Part shown: one piece after another, positions 37,634 to 49,200 of the stretch
Position numbering within the stretch: the first letter of the stretch is position 1
Layout: each line of letters opens with the position of its first letter
Virus record (IMG/VR): IMGVR_UViG_3300023174_000082
Coordinates: 32,001-96,000 of that record
Direction: 5' to 3' (one strand)
From: a virus
Length of the DNA: 64,000 nucleotides
Translations under genes and position numbers: made by a program
Notes under the pieces: generated by a model
What the model was told of the DNA's origin: nothing
Seen by the model: the letters and a program-made list of their open reading frames with translations, nothing else
Databases searched by the model: none

Positions 37634-40600
37634 ATGGCAAACAAGATTCCGTTAGTAGTAAACACAGGTAGCGCACAGATTCAAGAGCTGGCCAGTGGCG
37701 ATAATTTGCTGTTGACCAACAATGATATTTTGGGTGTAGGCAGTATCACTGCTGCCAATAACATTGTTGCTAGTGGCAATATTTACGGTACGTATTTTAT
37801 CGGTAACGGTTCACAGTTAACTGGGCTTGCCACTGGCAATTCCACTGCTATTGAAAGTGGAACATCTAACGTTGCTGTTGTAAGTTCAGGCGGCAATGTC
37901 ACTGTTGGTATTGCTGGCACCAGTAATGTGGTTGTGGTTGGAACCAACACAGTCACAGTCAAAGCCAATATTCTTCCTGCTGCCAACGTAACCTACAGTC
38001 TTGGTAGCCCAACAGCACAGTTTAACGATCTTTATCTTTCCAACAGCACTATTTTCCTAGGCAATGCCACAATCAGTGCTAACTCAACTGCTGTTATAAT
38101 GACCAACGAAAGTGGTCAACAAACTGTAATTAGCGGCAGCGGAACCATTACAAGTTATGGCAATGCCAATGTGGCATCTTATCTTGCCAGTGGCACAGAC
38201 ACCAGCAACATTATCACCACTGGTAATGTTCAGGGCACTTATATCTTAGGCAACGGTAGTCAGTTAACTGGCTTGCCTGCAACGTACGGCAACGCCAATG
38301 TAGCAGCCAACTTGGCTGCATTTGGTTCAAATCCAATTTTGACCACAGGCAACGTCACCGCTGGATATGTGTTTGGTAATGGTTCACAACTGACTGGTCT
38401 GCCTGCAACATACGGCAATTCAAACGTTGCTGCATATTTGCCAACCTACTCAGGCAACATTGGCGCACTCGTTGCTAATGGCAACATACAAGTTGTCAAC
38501 GGTATCTTCATTGGTAACGGTGCTGGATTGACTGGGGTTGTGGCCAGCGGCAACGTTGGTGCAGCAAGTAAACTCACAAACGGCACAACAGAATTTAACA
38601 TTCCTGTAGCCAACGGCAACGTGGTTGGTAACATTGGTGGCGTGACCAACGTTTATACTTTTGCTTCAACGGGAATGAGTGTTGTTGGTAACGTAACAGC
38701 AAACTACTTTATTGGTAACGGTAGTCAGTTAACTGGATTACCTGCCAGCTATGCAGATTCAAATGTTACAACATTACTGGCTGCATTTGGTTCAAACGCA
38801 ATATCAACCACAGGCACAGTCACAGCAGGTAATGTCACTGGTGGTAATTTATTAACAGGTGGACAAGTTGTTGCTACTGCCAATGTGTCAGGTGGTAACT
38901 TAAACACAGCAGGACAAGTAAGTGCCACTGGTAACATCACAGGCGGTAATATTACCACTGCTGGGGTGTTAAAAATATCAGGGTCATCAGCTTATATAGA
39001 TGTAGCAGGTACAGGTTTCATTCAAAATGCTGGCATGGGCGAGATGCAAATCAGTACAACTGCCAGCAGACCACTCATAATCAACACTAATGCTGGTGCT
39101 TATGGATGGAACTTTGGCATAACTGGTAATCTGACTGCACCTGGTGCAATTTCTGCTGTGGGTAATGTAACTGGCAACTATATCATTGGTAATGGATCAC
39201 AGCTGACAGGTTTGCCAGCAGGTTATGCTGATTCAAACGTGACCACATTGTTGGCAGCATTGGGTTCTAATGTTATCAGTGGCACAGGCAATATCACAAC
39301 CACTGCTAACATTTCAGGTGGATACATTTTAGGTAATGGTAGTGCATTGACAGGTTTGCCAGCAGGCTATGCAAACTCAGATGTTTCAACATACTTGGCC
39401 AGTGGAACCAATACATCAAACATCATTACTTCTGCCAATGTCAGCGGTGGTAATTTGTTGTCGTCAGGTCAGGTCAGCGTTGCTGGCAATGTTACTGCCA
39501 ACAACATCAACACTACTCAAAGCGTGACTGGCACAGTGATCAGTGCTTCAGGCAACATCACAGGTGGTAATGTAAACACAGGCGGACAAGTTGTTGCCAC
39601 AGCTAATGTGTCAGGTGGTAATTTGACCACAGCAGGACAAGTTGTAGCTACAGGTAATATCACTTCAGCAGCCAATGTATCAGGTGGTAACATTACCACA
39701 GCCGGGTTGATCAGCGCAACTGCTAGTGTCTTGACAGGTGGAGTGATTGTTGCAACTGGTAACGTTACTGGTGGTAATTTAATAACCGGCGGCGTAGTCA
39801 GTGCATCTGGTAACCTTAGTGCAATTGGCAACGTAACTGGTGGCAATTTAACCACAGCAGGATTGATTACTGCCACAGGTAACATTGACGGTGGAAACGT
39901 TCGTACCCAAGGTGTTGTTAGTGCCGCAGGTAATATTATTACCACAGGTTACTTTGTGGGTAACTTTGCCGGTAACATCACTGGTAACTTAACTGTTCCT
40001 GGTTCAAACACACAAGTTCTTTACAATGCCAATGGCAATGCTGGCGCAGTAGCAGGATTTACATATAACACCGGCTCTAACACAATGACTGTGTTGGGAG
40101 TTGTATCTGCACAAGGCAATGTGATAGCTGGCAACGTGACCACAGTTGGTCAAGTCAGTGCCACAGGCAACGTGACTGGCAATTACTTTGTTGGTAATGG
40201 TGCATTGTTAACAGGTGTTGCAACAGGCACACCTACTCAAATTGTCAGCGGAACATCAAATGTTTCTATTGTAAGCTCTGGTGGCAACGTAGCAGTTGGC
40301 GTTGGCGGAACTGCCAATGTGGCAGTATATGCTGCAACTGGTGAATATGTTACAGGATTAATTTCAGCATCAGGCAACGTGTCTGGTGGTAATTTGAACA
40401 CAGCAGGACAAGTAAGTGCTACTGGTAACGTTACTGGTGGTAACATAATATTTGGTGCAGGTCAAATCACCGGTACAGGCAACATTGTTACCACAGGTAA
40501 CTTAGTAACAGATCAGCTAGTGGTAACTGGCGCAGTAAGCCATCCAAGTTGGACCACAACTGGTATTGCCATACGATCAGTGGCCAGCACATACACAGAC

Positions 40601-43600
40601 GCAAGCACACTGGCAGGAGGCACAGCCGCAAGCAATCACATTCACGTGTTGGCACAACCTACAATTGCTGGCGCTAACTTAACTCAAGTTACAACAGCCG
40701 CGGCCACCTTGTACATTGCAGCAGCGCCAGTGGCTGGTACCAACATGACAATTACCAATCCATATGCATTGTATGTGGCAGCAGGTAATGTTGTAGCAGT
40801 GGCCAATATTTCTGGTGGCAATTTGCTAACAGGCGGATTGATATCTGCAACTGGTAACATAAGTGGTGGCAACATCATGGGTGGTGCCAACGTTAATGCC
40901 ACAACTCACACAGGTACCACAGTATCAGTGACCGGCAACGTAACTGGTGGCAACATCATGGGTGGTGCCAACGTTAATGCCACAACTCACACAGGTACCA
41001 CAGTATCAGTAACTGCCAACGTAACTGGTGGCAATTTGACCACAGGTGGTCAAGTAAGTGCTACTGGTAACATCACTGGTGGCAATATTTTAGGTGGTGC
41101 AAACGTCAATGCCACATTATTCACAGGTACTACAGTCTCTGTTACCGGTAACATCACAGGTGGCAATATATTGGGTGGTGCCAACGTCAACGCCACAACA
41201 CATACAGGTACCACAGTATCAGTAACTGCCAACGTAACTGGCGGCAATTTGGTAACACTTGGTACCGCCAACGTAGCAAGCATAGTCACAAGCGGTACTG
41301 CAATTGTAACTGGTAACGTAACCGGTGGTAATTTGTTGACTGCTGGAGTAGTTTCTGCAACTGGTAACGTCACAGGTGGCAACATTGTTACCGCAGGCGC
41401 AGGCGGTAATATTACTGGTGCCAACGTTATCACAGCAACAACATTGAGTGCAACTGGTGTTGTTGTTGCAACAGGCAACGTCAGCGGTGGCAACTTGACC
41501 ACAGTTGGTAATGTCAGTGCATCAGGTAACGTAGCTGGTAATTACATTTTGGGTAACGGTGCATTGCTGTCAGGCATTGCAGCTGGGACTCCTACAAAGA
41601 TTGCCAATGGTACTACAGAAGCCAATATTGGTGTCACTGGTGGTAACGCCAACATTTCTGTTGGTGGTATTGCCAATGTGGCAGTGTTTGCCAATACTGG
41701 TGCGTTTGTAACTGGACTGATCAGTGCAACCGGCAACATAACTGGTGGCAATTTGGTAACCATTGGAACTGGTAACATAGCCGCACTGGTAGTTTCTACC
41801 ACAGCCGCTGTTACTGGCAACGTAACTGGTGGTAATTTACTAACTGCTGGATTGATTTCTGCAACTGGTAACATAACCGGTGGCAATTTGAATGCTACTG
41901 GATTGAGTCTAAGTGGCAACGTTCAAAGTGCATTGACCAGTGCGGCAAATATCACAACCACTGCCAACATCAGCGGTGGATACTTATTAGGCAATGGTGC
42001 TCTGTTAACTGGCGTTGTGGCCACCAGCATTGGTACACTGCCAAGTTTGAGTGTAACTGGCAATACTGTAACTGGCAACTTAAATGCATTGGAACAAGTT
42101 AGTGCTGTGGGCAACATCACCGGTGGCAACATTTTGTTTGGCACATTCAAATTACTTGGTACTGGTGAGGCACAAGTTGGTAATTTAACTGTTACCAATG
42201 GCCCAGGTACAGGTAACATTGTTGCTGGCAACATCATAAGTGCCACAGGTAACATATTAAGCGGCAGTAATATTATTGCAACTGCCAACGTCACTGGCGG
42301 CAATATCACTACTGCTGGATTGATTTCTGCAACTGGCAATATCACCGGCGGCAACATATTGGGCGGCGGAGTTGGTACTCAAATTAGCACAGGCGGAAAT
42401 GTTAATGGCGCGATATTTAATGGTAATGTAGCATTTGGTACTGGCACAGTATCAGGTACTGGCAATATCACCGGCGGCAATATTGCAGTATCAGGCGTGT
42501 TGTTATCTACTAACACTGTTTCAGCAACTGGCAATATCACCGGCGGCAATATTGGAACAGCTGGAAATATCACTACCACAAACACTGTTATAGCCGAAGA
42601 TATCAGAGTTGGTACTGGTATTACTCGTGGTAATGTAAGTGCATATGGCAATGTTACTGGTGGTAACTTGGCCACAGGTGGTATAGTAACTGCTACAGGC
42701 AATGTAACTGGTGGCAATTTGGCCACAGGTGGATTGATCAGTGCCGCAGCCAACGTCATTGGCGGTAATTTAATCACAGTTGGAACAGTCAATGGTACAA
42801 CACTTAATATCACTGGTAATGCAGTTGTGGGTGGTGACTTGACTGTTGATGGCAATGTTATCTACATTAACATCACAGACTTAAATGTTCAAGATCCAAT
42901 TATTGGATTAGGCCGTGGTGCCAACAACACACCTCTAACAGTTAACGATGGCAAAGATCGTGGTGAACAACTTTGGTATTATACCACTGCTGAGAATTCA
43001 GCATTTATTGGTTATCAAAACGCCACAGGCAATTTAATTGCAGCCAGCAACGTAAGCATTGCTAACGAAATTGTCACAGTCAACAGCTATGGTACATTTG
43101 TGGTTGGTGCGTTGGCAGCAGCATCTGTAACTGCAACTGCTACCATAGCAGCTGGCAATGTGACCACAGCAGGATTGATCAGTGCCGCAGGCAACGTTAC
43201 AGGCGGCAATATTAGAACTGTTGGACAAGTTAGTGCCACAGGCAACATCACTGGTGGCAATGTTGGTACTGGTATCTTAACAGCAACCACAGTCAGCGCA
43301 ACAGCCAATATCACTGGTGGTAATATTCTTACTGGCGGAGCAATTAGTGCAACTGGTTTGATCAGTGCAACTGGTAACATTACTGGTGGAAACATTGACA
43401 CTACAGGAACAATCAGTGCATCTGGACTGAATGTAACTGCCAACACAGCAACTGGAAATTTAACCACAGCAGGCACAGTAAGTGCAACTGGTAACATCAC
43501 TGGCGGTAACATCACTGGTGGTATTTTGTCAGCCACAGGCAATGTGGTTGGCGGAAATGTATCAACTGCAGGGTTGATTCTGGCAACTGGCAACATCACT

Positions 43601-45889
43601 GGTGGTAATTTGAATGCCGCAGGATTGAGCTTGAGTGGTAATGTTCAGAGTGCATTGAACTCTACTTCTAATGTCACAACCACAGGCAACATCAGCGCCA
43701 ATTTCTACATCGGCAATGGCGCATTGTTAACTGGTGTGGTTGCCACTGGCATTGGTACACTGGCCAGTTTGAGTGTGACTGGTAACGTTGATGGTGGAAA
43801 TCTACGCACGGCAGGTTTAGTAACAGCCACAGGCAATGTTACAGGTGGCAACTTGCTCACAGGCGGCACAATTACAGCCACAGGCAACATTTTTGGCGGC
43901 AATCTGCAAGGTGCATTGATTTCTGCCACAACAGCAATAACAGCAACTGGCAACGTTACCGGTGGAAACATTGTAACTGCTGGATTGATCACAGCCACAG
44001 GCAATATCATTTCTGCTGCTAACGTGTCAGGCGGCAATTTAGTTGCTACCACTTTGGTACAAGGTGCTGGACTCAGTGCCACAGGCAACATTGATGGTGG
44101 TAACTTAACGGTTAGCGGTGCAGTAGTAGCCACCGCCAACGTGTCAGGCGGCAATTTGGTCACAGGCGGCCTGGCTGCAATTACTGGCAACGTAACTGGT
44201 GGCAATTTACGCACAGTTGGTTTGGTAACAGCAACTGGTAATGTCACTGGCGGCAATATCACAACAGCCGGCACAGTAAGTGCAACAGGCAATGTGACTG
44301 GTGGCAATATCAACGGTGGTATTGTTAGTGCAACAACCAATGTCACAGCAGGCGGCACAGTAAGTGCAACAGGCAATGTGACTGGTGGCAACATTGTCAC
44401 AGGTGGATTGATCACTGCAACTGGTACTATCACTTCTGCTGCTAACGTAACAGGTGGAAATATCACATCTGGTGGTGCTGTCAGCGCAGCTGGTAACATC
44501 ACAGCCACAGCTAACATTGCAGGCGGCAATATTTCAACAGCTGGATTAATTTTGGCAACAGGCAATATCACAGCTATAGCTAATATTGCAGGTGGAAATA
44601 TTTCAACAGGCAATGCAATTGCAGGCGGCAGCATACTATCAAGTACCACTCTCAGTGCAGTGGGCAATGTGATTGGTGGCAATATCACTACTGGCGGACA
44701 AGTTAGTGCTACTGGTGCCATTACAGGCGCAAATATTTCTGGTACAAATTACACAGGTACCACACTCAGTGTTACAGGCAACATTGATGGTGGAAACATC
44801 AGAACAGTTGGTCAACTTTCAGCAACAGGCAACATCACTGGTGCAAATGTCATAGCAACCACATTTATTGGTAACTTGCAAGGTAATATCTCTCTAGCAG
44901 GCAGTAATACTCAAGTATTGTTCAATGACGGCGGCATTGTTGGTGGCACTGCTGGTATGGTGTTTGACAAAACTACCAATGCACTCAGCATCACTGGCAC
45001 GTTTGCCACAAACGGTGTGGCAGCAGACATCAACGTTGGCGGCAGAATTTCTGTAGCTGGCAATATTTTGACTGGCACTGGTAATATCAGTGGCGGTAAC
45101 GTATTGAGCGGTGCTCAAATCAGCGGTATTGGAAATGTAACTGGTGGAAACATTGTCACAGGCGGTTTGGTTACTGCAACAGGTACAATTACTGCAACTG
45201 CCAACGTTGCAGGTGGAAATATCACCACAGGCGGGCAAGTTGTTGCTACTGGAAACATCACTGGTGGAAACTTAATTACATCTGGAACAGGTGGAAACAT
45301 AAGTGGTGCCAATGTTATTACTGGTACTACATTGAGTGCTACTGCCAACGTTGTTGGTGGCAACTTGACCACTGCTGGTTTAGTAACTGCTACAGGCAAC
45401 ATTAATACTGGTGCTGGCCTACTGGCCACAGGCAACGTTACAGGTGGCAATGTCAACACTAGCGGCCTGGCATCTGTAACAGGCAACGTAATTGGTGGAA
45501 ACATTAGCACTGCTGGCTTAATTACAGCCACAGGCAACGTTAACACAGCAGCAGGCGTGCTGGCCACAGGAAATATACGTGGCGGCAATGTAACCAGCGT
45601 TGCTCTAGTACAAGGTGTAACTCTAAGTGCCACAGGCAACGTGGTTGGTGGTAACGTGACTACAGCAGGGTTGATATCAGCAACTGGTAATATCACTAGC
45701 GGAAATGTCAATACCACAGGCTTGAGTCTAAGTGGAAATGTGGTCAGCGCAATCAATATGACTGCAAATATTACCACTACAGGCAATATTTCAGGTGGAA
45801 ATATCTCAGCTACAGGTAACATAAATATTGCTGGACAGCGGGCAGCAACAGTAGCAGACGCAACAGCATTGGCAATAGCATTAGGATAA
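37634..45889 (+). CDS. Giant repeat fibre protein, 2751 aa
   Basis: About 16-aa SATGN(I/V)TGGN repeats, recurrent GNG(S/A)xL(T/S)G motifs, very few charged residues; TAAATA at 37609-37614. Confidence 0.75.
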   Translation: MANKIPLVVNTGSAQIQELASGDNLLLTNNDILGVGSITAANNIVASGNIYGTYFIGNGSQLTGLATGNSTAIESGTSNVAVVSSGGNVTVGIAGTSNVVVVGTNTVTVKANILPAANVTYSLGSPTAQFNDLYLSNSTIFLGNATISANSTAVIMTNESGQQTVISGSGTITSYGNANVASYLASGTDTSNIITTGNVQGTYILGNGSQLTGLPATYGNANVAANLAAFGSNPILTTGNVTAGYVFGNGSQLTGLPATYGNSNVAAYLPTYSGNIGALVANGNIQVVNGIFIGNGAGLTGVVASGNVGAASKLTNGTTEFNIPVANGNVVGNIGGVTNVYTFASTGMSVVGNVTANYFIGNGSQLTGLPASYADSNVTTLLAAFGSNAISTTGTVTAGNVTGGNLLTGGQVVATANVSGGNLNTAGQVSATGNITGGNITTAGVLKISGSSAYIDVAGTGFIQNAGMGEMQISTTASRPLIINTNAGAYGWNFGITGNLTAPGAISAVGNVTGNYIIGNGSQLTGLPAGYADSNVTTLLAALGSNVISGTGNITTTANISGGYILGNGSALTGLPAGYANSDVSTYLASGTNTSNIITSANVSGGNLLSSGQVSVAGNVTANNINTTQSVTGTVISASGNITGGNVNTGGQVVATANVSGGNLTTAGQVVATGNITSAANVSGGNITTAGLISATASVLTGGVIVATGNVTGGNLITGGVVSASGNLSAIGNVTGGNLTTAGLITATGNIDGGNVRTQGVVSAAGNIITTGYFVGNFAGNITGNLTVPGSNTQVLYNANGNAGAVAGFTYNTGSNTMTVLGVVSAQGNVIAGNVTTVGQVSATGNVTGNYFVGNGALLTGVATGTPTQIVSGTSNVSIVSSGGNVAVGVGGTANVAVYAATGEYVTGLISASGNVSGGNLNTAGQVSATGNVTGGNIIFGAGQITGTGNIVTTGNLVTDQLVVTGAVSHPSWTTTGIAIRSVASTYTDASTLAGGTAASNHIHVLAQPTIAGANLTQVTTAAATLYIAAAPVAGTNMTITNPYALYVAAGNVVAVANISGGNLLTGGLISATGNISGGNIMGGANVNATTHTGTTVSVTGNVTGGNIMGGANVNATTHTGTTVSVTANVTGGNLTTGGQVSATGNITGGNILGGANVNATLFTGTTVSVTGNITGGNILGGANVNATTHTGTTVSVTANVTGGNLVTLGTANVASIVTSGTAIVTGNVTGGNLLTAGVVSATGNVTGGNIVTAGAGGNITGANVITATTLSATGVVVATGNVSGGNLTTVGNVSASGNVAGNYILGNGALLSGIAAGTPTKIANGTTEANIGVTGGNANISVGGIANVAVFANTGAFVTGLISATGNITGGNLVTIGTGNIAALVVSTTAAVTGNVTGGNLLTAGLISATGNITGGNLNATGLSLSGNVQSALTSAANITTTANISGGYLLGNGALLTGVVATSIGTLPSLSVTGNTVTGNLNALEQVSAVGNITGGNILFGTFKLLGTGEAQVGNLTVTNGPGTGNIVAGNIISATGNILSGSNIIATANVTGGNITTAGLISATGNITGGNILGGGVGTQISTGGNVNGAIFNGNVAFGTGTVSGTGNITGGNIAVSGVLLSTNTVSATGNITGGNIGTAGNITTTNTVIAEDIRVGTGITRGNVSAYGNVTGGNLATGGIVTATGNVTGGNLATGGLISAAANVIGGNLITVGTVNGTTLNITGNAVVGGDLTVDGNVIYINITDLNVQDPIIGLGRGANNTPLTVNDGKDRGEQLWYYTTAENSAFIGYQNATGNLIAASNVSIANEIVTVNSYGTFVVGALAAASVTATATIAAGNVTTAGLISAAGNVTGGNIRTVGQVSATGNITGGNVGTGILTATTVSATANITGGNILTGGAISATGLISATGNITGGNIDTTGTISASGLNVTANTATGNLTTAGTVSATGNITGGNITGGILSATGNVVGGNVSTAGLILATGNITGGNLNAAGLSLSGNVQSALNSTSNVTTTGNISANFYIGNGALLTGVVATGIGTLASLSVTGNVDGGNLRTAGLVTATGNVTGGNLLTGGTITATGNIFGGNLQGALISATTAITATGNVTGGNIVTAGLITATGNIISAANVSGGNLVATTLVQGAGLSATGNIDGGNLTVSGAVVATANVSGGNLVTGGLAAITGNVTGGNLRTVGLVTATGNVTGGNITTAGTVSATGNVTGGNINGGIVSATTNVTAGGTVSATGNVTGGNIVTGGLITATGTITSAANVTGGNITSGGAVSAAGNITATANIAGGNISTAGLILATGNITAIANIAGGNISTGNAIAGGSILSSTTLSAVGNVIGGNITTGGQVSATGAITGANISGTNYTGTTLSVTGNIDGGNIRTVGQLSATGNITGANVIATTFIGNLQGNISLAGSNTQVLFNDGGIVGGTAGMVFDKTTNALSITGTFATNGVAADINVGGRISVAGNILTGTGNISGGNVLSGAQISGIGNVTGGNIVTGGLVTATGTITATANVAGGNITTGGQVVATGNITGGNLITSGTGGNISGANVITGTTLSATANVVGGNLTTAGLVTATGNINTGAGLLATGNVTGGNVNTSGLASVTGNVIGGNISTAGLITATGNVNTAAGVLATGNIRGGNVTSVALVQGVTLSATGNVVGGNVTTAGLISATGNITSGNVNTTGLSLSGNVVSAINMTANITTTGNISGGNISATGNINIAGQRAATVADATALAIALG
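40864..41240 (+). repeat. Recent 81-nt (27-aa) tandem duplication within the giant fibre gene
   Basis: 66-nt identical stretch at 40864 and 40945; two diverged copies follow. Confidence 0.85.
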
Positions 45890-45892
45890 AAA

Positions 45893-46228
45893 ATGGCAAA
45901 TACTTTTACAAGAAAACTCAGCAGACTAACAGGAGTCACAGCTACCACAGTTGGTGGTTATACTGTTCCTTCGGCAACTACCGCAGTTGTAGTTGGACTT
46001 TCTTTGACCAATGTCACTTCAAGTGCAATTGCAGCTAACGTATCAATTTTAGATAATGCGTCACAAACAACAAACTTAGCAGTAAATGCACCAATCTCAG
46101 CAGGTTCTAGTTTGGTTGTTGGTGGTGGCGATCAAAAAATTGTGTTGGTCACAGGAGATCAACTGCAAGTTCAAAGCAGCGCAGCTACCAGTATTGACGT
46201 AGTAATGAGCATAATGGAAATCACATAA
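45893..46228 (+). CDS. Small fibre-associated structural protein, 111 aa
   Basis: Beta-rich ORF coupled between two fibre genes. Confidence 0.65.
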   Translation: MANTFTRKLSRLTGVTATTVGGYTVPSATTAVVVGLSLTNVTSSAIAANVSILDNASQTTNLAVNAPISAGSSLVVGGGDQKIVLVTGDQLQVQSSAATSIDVVMSIMEIT

Positions 46229-49200
46229 TGAGTTACGTTGGCCTAAATCCGCAACAACAACTGCTGAATACCAGCACACAGACCTTTAGTGGTAATGCGG
46301 TAGCGTATCAGTTCACTTTGGGTCGAGCCGTTGCATCAGCGTCTGACTTGGACGTGATGATTGACCAAACTCTACAACGTCCATTCACTGACTACGAAGC
46401 TGAAAATGTAACATTGCTGTTTCAAACACCACCTCCTAGTGGTACCAACAACATCACAGTTACCTATCGTGCAGGCGCACTTAACTCTTTAAATCTCACA
46501 GCCAACGCATTTGGCGCTGGCACAGTTGGCGCACCTAGTGTGTACTCAGTAGCAGCCAACAACACTGGTATATATTGGCCAAATGCTACCACAATGGTCA
46601 TGACTGTGGCAGGTGGCAATCGTGCCACTTTCAGTAGCAATGTTGCATCAACTAGCAATGTAACAGGTGCGTTGACTGTGGCAGGCGGAGTTGGCGTTAC
46701 TGGTAATATCAACACTAGCGGAGCAGTAACCATTACCAACGCTACCAACAGTGGCAATGTAACTACTGGCGCATTGACTGTGGCCGGCGGAGCAGGTATT
46801 GTTGGTAACTTAAACATTGGCGGCGACATTACCTGTGTGGGAGATTTTACAGTTAATGGAACATTCACTACCACTGGCACAGACAGTTTGGAAGTTAATG
46901 ACCCATTCATCTTCTTGGCCAACGCCAACCCAGGTGACACATACGATTCGGGTGTAATCACACAGTATTTTGATGGCACCAACACACGCTATTCTGGATA
47001 TTTCCGCGACATCACAGATTCCAAATACAAACTGTTTGGTAATCTAATCGTCAAACCAACCACAGTTGTAGACACAGCCAATGCCAGTTTCACATACAAT
47101 GATTTGATTCTGGCCAATTTGAGTGCTACAGGCAACGTTAGTGGAACATATATTTTGGGCAACGGTGCATTGCTGAGTGGCATCACAACTGATACCAACC
47201 AAATTTTCAATGGTACTAGTAGAGTTATCATTGCTTCGGCAGCTGGCAATATTGTTAATAACATTGCCGGAGTAACAATTGCCACTGTTTGGTCAGGTGG
47301 TCTTGTTGTAACTGGTGCTATTAGTGGATCATCTACACTTTTAGTAACTGGCAACGTTACAGGTGGTAACATAACCACAGCTGGACAAATTACTGGCACT
47401 GGTAACATAACTTCAGCAGCCAACGTATCTGCTGGTAATATTTTAACAGGCGGCATGTTCAGCGCCGCAGGTAACATTACTGGTGCAAACGTCAACACTG
47501 GCGGTTTGGTATTGGCCACCGGTAACATCACAGGTGGAAACATTAACACAGCTGGTCAAACCAGTGCTGGTGGTAACGTAACTGGTGGTAATATCAGAAC
47601 TGCTGGATCAGTTTCAGCAGCCGGTGCGGTATACGGAGACAGTTTTAGTGCAGTCCTTGGCGTGAGTGCCGGTACAACTGTTGCGGCAACTACAGATATC
47701 ACTGCTGGCGGCACAATCTCAGCAGTAGGAACTGTTACCGGCGATGGTGGTATAACATCTTCTGCAAACGTATCTGGTGGAAATGTACTATCTAGTGGTG
47801 CAGTCAGCGCAACAGGTAACGTTATTGCTGCCAACATTGTAGTATCAAATAATATCTATGATGCCTCGGCAATGAATTTGTTGACTGGTGCTGGTAACAT
47901 TACTCTAACTCCTGCTGCTGGTTCAAATGTACAAATAACATCCAATGCTAACATTACTTCTACTACTATTTCAACATCTTCAACCACAGGTGCCTTACGT
48001 GTAGCAGGCGGTATTGGTATAGCTGGCAACAGTTATATTGGTGGTCTAGAAACTGTTACAGGTAATATTACTGGTGGTAATATTATTACAGCAGGAGCAG
48101 TATCAGCAACTGGCAATGTCAACGGCGGAAACGTAATTGCAACCACATTGGTTCAAGGTACTTCAGTTAGTGCCACTGGTAACGTAACTGGTGGTAACGT
48201 GTTAACTGGTGGAATTACCAGTGCAACAGGTAACATCACAGGCGGCAATATCATCACAGGTGGCGCTATATCTGCAGGTGGTGCTGTTAGTGCCACAGGC
48301 AATGTAGTTGGTGGCAATGTCACTGCAACTACAGCAGTCACAGCAGGATCAGGCGGTGTTAGTGCAACAGGTAACGTTACAGGTGGTAATATTACCACAG
48401 CTGGTTTAATCACATCAACTGGTAACATAACATCAGCTGGCAACATTGCTGGCGGTAATATATTAGGCACCTTGTTGGTACAAGGATCAATTGTAAGCGC
48501 CACAGCCAACGTTTTGGCTGCAGGCAATATTTCAGCAGTTGGTACAGTACTAGCATCTCAGTTGAGTTTGAGCGGTAACATTATCAGTGCAGTAGCAACC
48601 ACAGGCAATATCACTGGCGCTAACGTCAATGCTACCCTTGCATTGAGTGCAGTTGGCAACATCACAGGCGGCAATATTAGCACTGCTGGTAACCTGGCAG
48701 CACCAACCGCAGCTCAAAATACCAACACCACACAAGTGGCAACAACAGAATTTGTGATTGGTCAAGCCAGTTCAACTTCACCAGGTGCAGTTGGGTCAGC
48801 CGCAGTTGGAACAGGTACAACTTTTGCTAGAGCAGATCACACTCACTCAGGTGTTACAAACATCACTACCAGCAGCGGTTTGAGTACTAACACCAATGCT
48901 ACTGGTGCAGTTTCAATTACCAATACTGGTGTAACATCAGCAGTAGCAGGCACTGGTGTGTCAGTAAGTGGTGCAACAGGTGCAGTAACATTTAGTATTG
49001 GTCAAGCAGTTGCAACCAATTCAGGAGTGACATTTGCTTCGTTGACTGTGGGCACAGGTAATGTTACTTTAGGTAACATTGTAAACGGTGGTACCAATGC
49101 TACAGGTAACATTGGTTCGGCTACAACATATTTCAACACTGGTTTCTTGAAAGCAACCACAGCACAATACGCTGACTTGGCAGAAAATTATGCAGCCGAT

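Noticed and set aside
37634-45889. Ice-nucleation protein (16-aa period, Thr-rich)
   Set aside because: Lacks the InaZ AGYGSTxTA consensus; context is a phage fibre operon
35353-48765. Many long minus-strand ORFs (for example 43705..44721, 45115..45948) with LPPVTLPVA repeats
   Set aside because: Antisense shadows of the Gly/Asn/Thr repeat codons of the fibre genes; no promoter or RBS support
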